In this document: positions 58,234 to 64,000 of the stretch, piece after piece | Numbering within the stretch: position 1 is the first letter of the stretch | How the letters are laid out: each line of letters begins with the position of its first letter | Source of the DNA: an uncultured Holophagales bacterium | GTDB lineage: Bacteria; Acidobacteriota; Thermoanaerobaculia; Multivoradales; UBA5704 | Length of the DNA stretch: 64,000 nt | Assembly (NCBI GenBank): GCA_963842525.1 | Contig: CAWJGT010000019.1 | Location: 352,001 to 416,000, forward strand | Reading direction: 5' to 3' | Notes under the pieces: model-generated | What the model saw: the letters and a program-made list of their open reading frames with translations, nothing else | What the model was told of the DNA's origin: nothing | The model's database searches: none | Program-made: the position numbers and the translations under genes

Positions 58234-59535
58234 ATGAAAATCGCCTACATCGCGGCAGGTGCCGGCGGAATGTACTGCGGCACCTGCCTGCACGACAACA
58301 CGCTGGCCGCCGCGTTGCAGCGAAGGGGGCACGACGTCGCCCTGGTGCCGACCTACACGCCGATCCGGACCGACGAGCCCGGCGTGAGCATCGACCGGGT
58401 CTTCTTCGGCGCCGTCAACGTCTACCTGCAACAGAAGATCACAGCCTTCCGGAGCCTGCCGCTGTTCGATCGTCTGCTCGACCGGCCCGGCCTGCTGCGC
58501 CAGGCCGCCAAGCTGGGCGGGTCGACCGATCCCACGTCGCTCGGCGCCCTCACGTTGTCCGTTCTCAAGGGGGAGGACGGCTTCCAGGCCCGCGAGCTGG
58601 CGAAGCTCGTTGACTGGCTGCGCGACGATTTCCGCCCCGAGATCGTCCACCTGACCAACTCCATGTTTGCCGGCTTCGCGCGCACCTTGAAGCGCGAGCT
58701 GGGCGTGCCCGTCCTCTGCTCGCTCCAAGGCGAAGACCTGTTCCTCGACCAGCTCCGCGAGCCCTGGAAAGAAAGGGTTTTCGCGGTGCTGCGCGAACGG
58801 GCGCGCGACGTCGACGCCTTCCTGGTGAACAGCCGCTGGTACGGCGACACCATGGCGGCCTGCCTGGACGTGGAGCCGGAGCGGATGCGCGTCATACCGC
58901 TGGGCGTCTCGCTGGACGGCTATGAGAAGGACAGCGCGCCCGGCGTCTCTGGAGACCCCGGAGATTACCGGCCGCTGACGATCGGCTATCTCGCCCGCAT
59001 CTGTCCCGAAAAGGGGCTTCACGTCCTGGTCGAGGCCTTTCGTCTTCTGACCGCGAGCGAGCCGGGCCCGGTACGGCTCGCCGTGGCCGGCTGGCTCGGG
59101 GAACGGGACCGCTCCTATTTCAAGGACATCCAGGAGCGGATCGCCGGCTGGGGGCTCTCCGGCTTTGTCGAGCACGCCGGCGAGCTGGACCGCGATGGCA
59201 AGCTCCGTTTCCTCCACGGCCTCGATATCCTCTCCGTGCCGACCACCTACAAGGAGCCCAAGGGTCTGTTCGTCCTGGAGGCGCTGGCGAGCGGCGTGCC
59301 GGTGGTGGAGCCGCGGCATGGCAGCTTTCCGGAGATGATCGAGGCGACCGGCGGCGGCGTGCTCGTCGAGCCCGGCTCGGCCGAGGCGCTTGCCGAGGGG
59401 CTGCGGTCGCTGCTGCGCGATCCGGAGAAGCGGCGGGCATTGGGCAGGCAGGGCCGCGAGGCGGTCCACGCCGAGTTTGATGATGAGACGATGGCGAATC
59501 GGACGCTCGCGGTCTATCGAGACGCAATGGGGTGA
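58234..59535 (+). CDS. Glycosyltransferase family 4 (GT-B)
   Basis: MKIAYIAAGAGGMYCGTCLHDN, RICPEKG, EPKGLFVLEALASGVPVV. Confidence 0.9.
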   Translation: MKIAYIAAGAGGMYCGTCLHDNTLAAALQRRGHDVALVPTYTPIRTDEPGVSIDRVFFGAVNVYLQQKITAFRSLPLFDRLLDRPGLLRQAAKLGGSTDPTSLGALTLSVLKGEDGFQARELAKLVDWLRDDFRPEIVHLTNSMFAGFARTLKRELGVPVLCSLQGEDLFLDQLREPWKERVFAVLRERARDVDAFLVNSRWYGDTMAACLDVEPERMRVIPLGVSLDGYEKDSAPGVSGDPGDYRPLTIGYLARICPEKGLHVLVEAFRLLTASEPGPVRLAVAGWLGERDRSYFKDIQERIAGWGLSGFVEHAGELDRDGKLRFLHGLDILSVPTTYKEPKGLFVLEALASGVPVVEPRHGSFPEMIEATGGGVLVEPGSAEALAEGLRSLLRDPEKRRALGRQGREAVHAEFDDETMANRTLAVYRDAMG

Positions 59536-59536
59536 C

Positions 59537-59950
59537 ATGCACGAATTCCGGACGCAGCGCAGGGTCGAGTTCTCGGACACCGACGTGGGGGGCATCGTCC
59601 ACTTCGCCCGCTTCTTCGTCTTCATGGAGACCGCCGAGCACGAGTTCTTGCGCGCCCTGGGCACCAGCGTCCACCTGGACGTCGACGGCCAGAAGATCGG
59701 CTGGCCCAGGGTTTCGGCCACCTGCGAGTACCTGTCGCCGGCCCGCTTCGAGGAGGTGCTGGACATCCTGGTCCGGGTGGAGCGGAAGGGGAGCAAGTCG
59801 ATGACCTATGGGTTTGAGATCACCCGCGGTGAGACGGCTATTGCACGCGGCAGGATCACTTCGGTCTGCTGCATCCTGAACGCGCCTGGAGGGGTGAAAG
59901 CCATTCCCATTCCCGACTTCCTCGCCGATCGGATCGAGGAGGCGCCGTGA
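59537..59950 (+). CDS. Hot-dog fold acyl-CoA thioesterase (4HBT/YbgC-like)
   Basis: RRVEFSDTDVGGIVHFARFFVFME. Confidence 0.9.
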   Translation: MHEFRTQRRVEFSDTDVGGIVHFARFFVFMETAEHEFLRALGTSVHLDVDGQKIGWPRVSATCEYLSPARFEEVLDILVRVERKGSKSMTYGFEITRGETAIARGRITSVCCILNAPGGVKAIPIPDFLADRIEEAP

Positions 59951-60630
59951 GGCTCCTCCTCCGCGACGTCTCCAAGCACTTCGACACCGCCGCCGGCCCC
60001 GTCGCGGTGCTGCGCGGCATCTCCTTCGAGATGGCGGAAGGAGAGGCGCTCTGTGTGATGGGGCCGTCGGGGTCGGGCAAGAGCACGCTTCTGCACCTGA
60101 TCGGCACCCTGGACCGGCCGTCGTCAGGAGTCATCGAGATCGACGGCCGCGCGCCGCATGGGCTGTCCGAGCCGGAGCTGGCCCGCTTCCGCAACCGGTC
60201 GATCGGCTTCGTCTTCCAGGACCCGCACCTGCTGCCGCAGTACTCGGTGCTGGAGAACGTCCTGATCCCGACCCTGGCCTTTCCGCAGAAGGGAGACGAC
60301 CCGGCGGCGCACGAGGCGCGGGCGCGGGAGCTGCTGGACCGCGTCGGGCTCGGCCACCGGCTCGGCCACCGGCCGGCCGAGCTGTCGGGCGGCGAGCGTC
60401 AGCGGGCCGCGGTGGCCCGGGCGCTGATCTACCGGCCCGGCCTGCTGCTCTGCGACGAGCCCACCGGGAGCCTCGACCGCGCCGCCGCCGCTGCCGTGGC
60501 GTCGCTCCTCTTCGAGCTGCACGAGGCGGAGAAGGCCATCCTCCTGGTGGTGACCCACAGCCTGGACCTCGCCGGCCGCTTCGCCCGGCGCGGCGAGTTG
60601 GTGGAGGGACGGCTGTCCTGGTCCGCATGA
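59947..60630 (+). CDS. ABC transporter ATP-binding protein (LolD/MacB-type)
   Basis: GPSGSGKS, LSGGERQR, LCDEPTG, VVTH. Confidence 0.95.
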   Translation: MRLLLRDVSKHFDTAAGPVAVLRGISFEMAEGEALCVMGPSGSGKSTLLHLIGTLDRPSSGVIEIDGRAPHGLSEPELARFRNRSIGFVFQDPHLLPQYSVLENVLIPTLAFPQKGDDPAAHEARARELLDRVGLGHRLGHRPAELSGGERQRAAVARALIYRPGLLLCDEPTGSLDRAAAAAVASLLFELHEAEKAILLVVTHSLDLAGRFARRGELVEGRLSWSA

Positions 60631-63600
60631 CGGCTTTCCGGTCGCTGCTCTTCTTCTGGCGCGAGAGCCTCGCCGTGCTCCTCGGCACGGCCGTGGCTTC
60701 TACGGTCCTGACGGGTGCGCTCCTCGCCGGCGATTCCGTCCGCGGCAGCCTGCGCGATCTGACCCTGGAGCGGCTGGGGCGGATCGACCTCGCGCTGGTC
60801 TCCGAAGGCTTTTTTCGCGAGAAGCTGGCTGAGGATCTGGGTGGAGCGGCGCCGGCCCTGGCGGCTCGCGGCTCCGCCGTCCATGGCGGCTCGCAGGCCC
60901 GCGCCTCGCGGGTGGAAATCTGGGGCGTGGACGACCGTTTCGCGAAGCTGTACGGCGCTCGCGGCGGCGAGCTCGGCTTCACGACAGGTCAGATTTTCCC
61001 GCCGCTGGTCGTCAACGAGACGCTCGCCCGCGAGCTGGGCGCACGGACGGGGGACGAGGTCCTCCTCTCCTTCGGGACGGCCAGCGAGATTCCGCGCGAG
61101 ACCCTGCTCGGGGAGAAAGACCCGGGCGAGCTGTTGACCACCCGCCGTTTCACCGTGGCGCGGGTGATTCCCGACCGCGGTATCGGCCGTTTCGGCCTCG
61201 CGGCCCACCAGCAGAGGCCGCGCAACGCCTTCGTGCCGCTCGCCGAGCTGCAACGGGCGTTGGAGCAGGAAGGGCGGGCCAACGCCCTCTTTGCTGCCGA
61301 CGGAGCGAAGTTGCCGCGCCGGATCGTCCAGCTCGAAGACCTGGGGCTCACCCTGCGCCGCGGTCCCGGCGTCGTGGTGTTGGAGAGCCGCGAATTCTTT
61401 CTGAAGCCGGCCGCGATCGAGGCCGCGGGTGCGCTGGCCAAGGAGATGGGTGTCCCGGCGCAGCGGGTGCTCACCTACCTCGCGACTCGCCTGGAAGCGC
61501 GAGGACGGCTCGTTCCGTACTCCCTCGTCGCGGCAGTCGATGCATCGGGGGCCCGACCAGGAGAGATCCTGCTCGATCGTTGGGCTGCCGACGACCTCGG
61601 TGTTGTTCCCGGCGAACCCATCGCGCTGACCTGGCTGGCGCCGGGCCCGGGCGGCACACTGCTGGACAAGAAGGCCACTCTGCGCCTGGGCGGGATCGTC
61701 GAGATGTCCGGCCTTGCCGTGGACCGCACCCTGACGCCCCGGCTCGCTGGCGTTGACGAGGCCGAGGACATGGCCGGCTGGGACCCGCCGTTCCCGGTGG
61801 ACCTCTCCCTAATCCGCCCCCGGGACGAGGCCTTCTGGGACGAGCACGGTCCGACCCCCAAGGCCTTTGTCGCCGAGGAGACCGGCCGTCGCCTGTGGAG
61901 CAGCCGTTTCGGCGATACCACCTCCTTGCGGTTCGCCATCCCACCTGGCGCCGATCCGGCCCGTTTGGAAGAAAGAATTCTTCGCGAGCTGCCGCAGCGG
62001 ATCGACCTCGCCGCGTTCGGCCTCCAGCTCCGGCCGGTCAAGCAGCAGGGGCTGGAAGCGGCGGAGGGGGCGACCGACTTTGCCGGCCTCTTCCTGGCCT
62101 TCAGCGTCTTCCTGATCGCCTCCGCCGCGATGCTCGCAGGGCTCCTGTTCAGCCTCGGCGTCGAACGCCGCGCAGGCGAGCTCGGCCTGCTGCTCGCCGT
62201 GGGCCATCCCGTCCGGGCCGTGCGCCGCCGGCTTCTCCTAGAAGGAGCCGTGCTGGCGGCTGTCGGCGCGCTGCTGGGGCTGGCCGGCGCCGTGGGCTAT
62301 GCCGCCCTGCTCATGGCCGGCTTGCGTACCCTGTGGCTGTCCGCGGTGGGGACGCCCGACCTCTTCCTCCACGTGGAGCCATCGAGCCTGATCGTGGGTT
62401 GGCTCTCCTCGGTGCTCGTGGTCCTCCTGGCGATCTGGCTCACCGTGCGCCGCCTGGCGAAGATCCCCTCTACCGCGCTCCTCGCCGGCTCGACAAGCCT
62501 TCCCGTCGCACGGAAGGTCCGGAGGCGCTGGCCGGTCTGGGTGCTGACGGGGACCGGTGTGCTGCTCGTCGCCTGGGGACTTCTGTCGCGGGAGGCCTCG
62601 CCAGGACTGTCGTTCGCTCTGGGTGCGTGGGCTCTGGTGGCGGGGTTGGTCGCATTCTCAGGGTGGTATCGGCGGGGGACCCTCACCCCCCTGGCCCCCC
62701 TCTCCCATCCGCACTCCCTTCCCCCGGGAGAGGGGGGAAAGAAAAGGTTTTCACTCCCCTCTCCCGGGGGTTTGGGAGTGCGGATGGGAGAGGGGCCGGG
62801 GGTGAGGGGTCTCCTCGGCATGGCTGCCCGCAACGGCGCCGCCAACCCCGGTCGAAGCCTCCTCTCCGTCGCCCTCGTCGCCTGCGCCTGCTTCGTCCTG
62901 GTCGTCGTGGCCGCGAACCGCCGAGGCGGCGCTGTTCACGGGGAGGAAGGCGGCGGCGGCTTTCCGCTGCTCGCCGAGTCGGACATCCCCCTGCTGCATG
63001 ACCTCGACCGCCCCGAGGGACGGATGGAGCTGGGTCTGATGGAGGACGAGCTGCAAGGCGCCTCCATCGTCTCCTTCCGCGCCGTCCCTGGCGAGGACGC
63101 GAGCTGCCTCAACCTGTACCGGCCGTCCCGTCCCCGCCTGCTCGGCGTTCCGTCGGGCTTCGCGGAGCGCAGCCGCTTCTCGTTCCAAGAGGGCTCCTGG
63201 GGCCTGCTGGAGAAGGACCTCGGACCGAATGTGATTCCGGCGGTGGCCGACGCGGGCTCGGCGCAGTGGATCCTCCATCTCGGGTTGGGCGACGACCTGG
63301 TCCTGGAGAGCGAAACGGGCGCGCCGGTCCGCCTCCGGCTGGTCGGTCTGCTCGGCAAGAGCATCTTCCAGAGCGAGCTGCTGATCTCGGAGGCGAATCT
63401 GCTGCGGCACTTCCCGAGCCGCGCCGGAAGCTCCTTCTTCCTGATCGGCGCTCCCGCCTCCCGCGAGACGCAGATCGCCCGGGTGCTGGAAGAGGGACTG
63501 CAGGACTACGGCTTTGACGTCACGACCACTGCCGAGCGCATGGCGTCCTTCCAGGCGGTCGAGGAGACCTACCTGGCGACGTTCCAGACCCTGGGCGGCC

Positions 63601-63950
63601 TCGGTCTGCTGTTGGGCACCCTGGGCCTCGGCGTGGCGCTGTTGCGCGGCGTGACCGAGCGCCGGGGAGAGCTGGCGACCCTACGCGCCTTCGGCTTCCG
63701 CCGCCGCCGGCTCGCCGGCCTGGTGACGGCCGAGAACGCCTTCCTGCTGTTCGCCGGGGTCGCCCTCGGCACCGTGGCCGGAGGCCTCGCGGTTGCGCCG
63801 CACCTGCTGTCCAGCGCGGACCGGATTTCCTGGCCCTCCCTGCTGCTCACCCTCCTGGCGATCCTCGCCGCGGGGCTGCTCTCCTGCGTCGCCGCCGTGC
63901 GCAGCGCCCTGCGCGCGCCGCTGCTGCCGGCGCTCAAAGCGGAAAGATGA
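60627..63950 (+). CDS. FtsX/MacB-type ABC permease, duplicated architecture, with internal in-frame REP
   Basis: Two ERR.EL.L.A.G motifs, large periplasmic loops, TM blocks. Confidence 0.9.
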   Translation: MTAFRSLLFFWRESLAVLLGTAVASTVLTGALLAGDSVRGSLRDLTLERLGRIDLALVSEGFFREKLAEDLGGAAPALAARGSAVHGGSQARASRVEIWGVDDRFAKLYGARGGELGFTTGQIFPPLVVNETLARELGARTGDEVLLSFGTASEIPRETLLGEKDPGELLTTRRFTVARVIPDRGIGRFGLAAHQQRPRNAFVPLAELQRALEQEGRANALFAADGAKLPRRIVQLEDLGLTLRRGPGVVVLESREFFLKPAAIEAAGALAKEMGVPAQRVLTYLATRLEARGRLVPYSLVAAVDASGARPGEILLDRWAADDLGVVPGEPIALTWLAPGPGGTLLDKKATLRLGGIVEMSGLAVDRTLTPRLAGVDEAEDMAGWDPPFPVDLSLIRPRDEAFWDEHGPTPKAFVAEETGRRLWSSRFGDTTSLRFAIPPGADPARLEERILRELPQRIDLAAFGLQLRPVKQQGLEAAEGATDFAGLFLAFSVFLIASAAMLAGLLFSLGVERRAGELGLLLAVGHPVRAVRRRLLLEGAVLAAVGALLGLAGAVGYAALLMAGLRTLWLSAVGTPDLFLHVEPSSLIVGWLSSVLVVLLAIWLTVRRLAKIPSTALLAGSTSLPVARKVRRRWPVWVLTGTGVLLVAWGLLSREASPGLSFALGAWALVAGLVAFSGWYRRGTLTPLAPLSHPHSLPPGEGGKKRFSLPSPGGLGVRMGEGPGVRGLLGMAARNGAANPGRSLLSVALVACACFVLVVVAANRRGGAVHGEEGGGGFPLLAESDIPLLHDLDRPEGRMELGLMEDELQGASIVSFRAVPGEDASCLNLYRPSRPRLLGVPSGFAERSRFSFQEGSWGLLEKDLGPNVIPAVADAGSAQWILHLGLGDDLVLESETGAPVRLRLVGLLGKSIFQSELLISEANLLRHFPSRAGSSFFLIGAPASRETQIARVLEEGLQDYGFDVTTTAERMASFQAVEETYLATFQTLGGLGLLLGTLGLGVALLRGVTERRGELATLRAFGFRRRRLAGLVTAENAFLLFAGVALGTVAGGLAVAPHLLSSADRISWPSLLLTLLAILAAGLLSCVAAVRSALRAPLLPALKAER
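62679..62809. repeat. Paired family-A REP in frame inside the permease gene
   Basis: accctcacccccctggcccccctctccc...gggagagggg...cccctctccc...gggagaggggccgggggtgagggg. Confidence 0.9.
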
Positions 63951-63959
63951 GGTGATTTC

Positions 63960-64000
63960 ATGAGCTGGCTCGGTTTCGCCCTGATGACCGTCGTCTCCTG
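63960..64000 (+). CDS. Start of a membrane protein (partial)
   Basis: RBS gaggtga; MSWLGFALMTVVS. Confidence 0.6.
   Translation, partial: MSWLGFALMTVVS

Overview
High-GC bacterial chromosomal window. The gene content (TIGR02999-type ECF sigma next to a Ser/Thr kinase, three acidobacterial VWA proteins, Oar-type TonB receptor, sulfatase-TPR proteins) suggests Acidobacteriota, probably Thermoanaerobaculia; this is an inference. About a dozen single-base frameshifts in otherwise intact genes look like long-read assembly errors. Layout: (1) 1-13000 is a repeat-rich accessory region. It holds an ECF/kinase pair, a DUF4157-WHH nuclease toxin flanked by inverted repeats, an M48 protease, a small helical protein followed by 20 palindromic 19/20-bp repeats, a solitary attC-like site, and a group II intron inserted exactly into a REP-type element whose empty homolog is at 49135-49350. 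(2) 13000-35900 holds glpD, an envelope module (TPR, Thr-type sulfatase-TPR x2, Oar receptor, transglutaminase-TPR, VWA x3) and an RlmI-like methyltransferase. (3) 35900-41400 holds two orphan Cys-rich lanthipeptide-like precursors, glpK, two TA pairs with broken toxins and a 42-bp tandem repeat. (4) 41580 to the end is a tightly coupled operon of at least 22 kb with no function I recognise. It encodes four PQQ-like beta-propellers, an ANL-type ligase, an acylating-type ALDH, an Fe-ADH, a HemN-like radical SAM enzyme, a halogenase-like flavoprotein, a GT4, a thioesterase, a TonB receptor, an SSS symporter and an ABC exporter. It is the best candidate for an undescribed biosynthetic system. Palindromic REP elements are inserted in frame into at least four protein genes.
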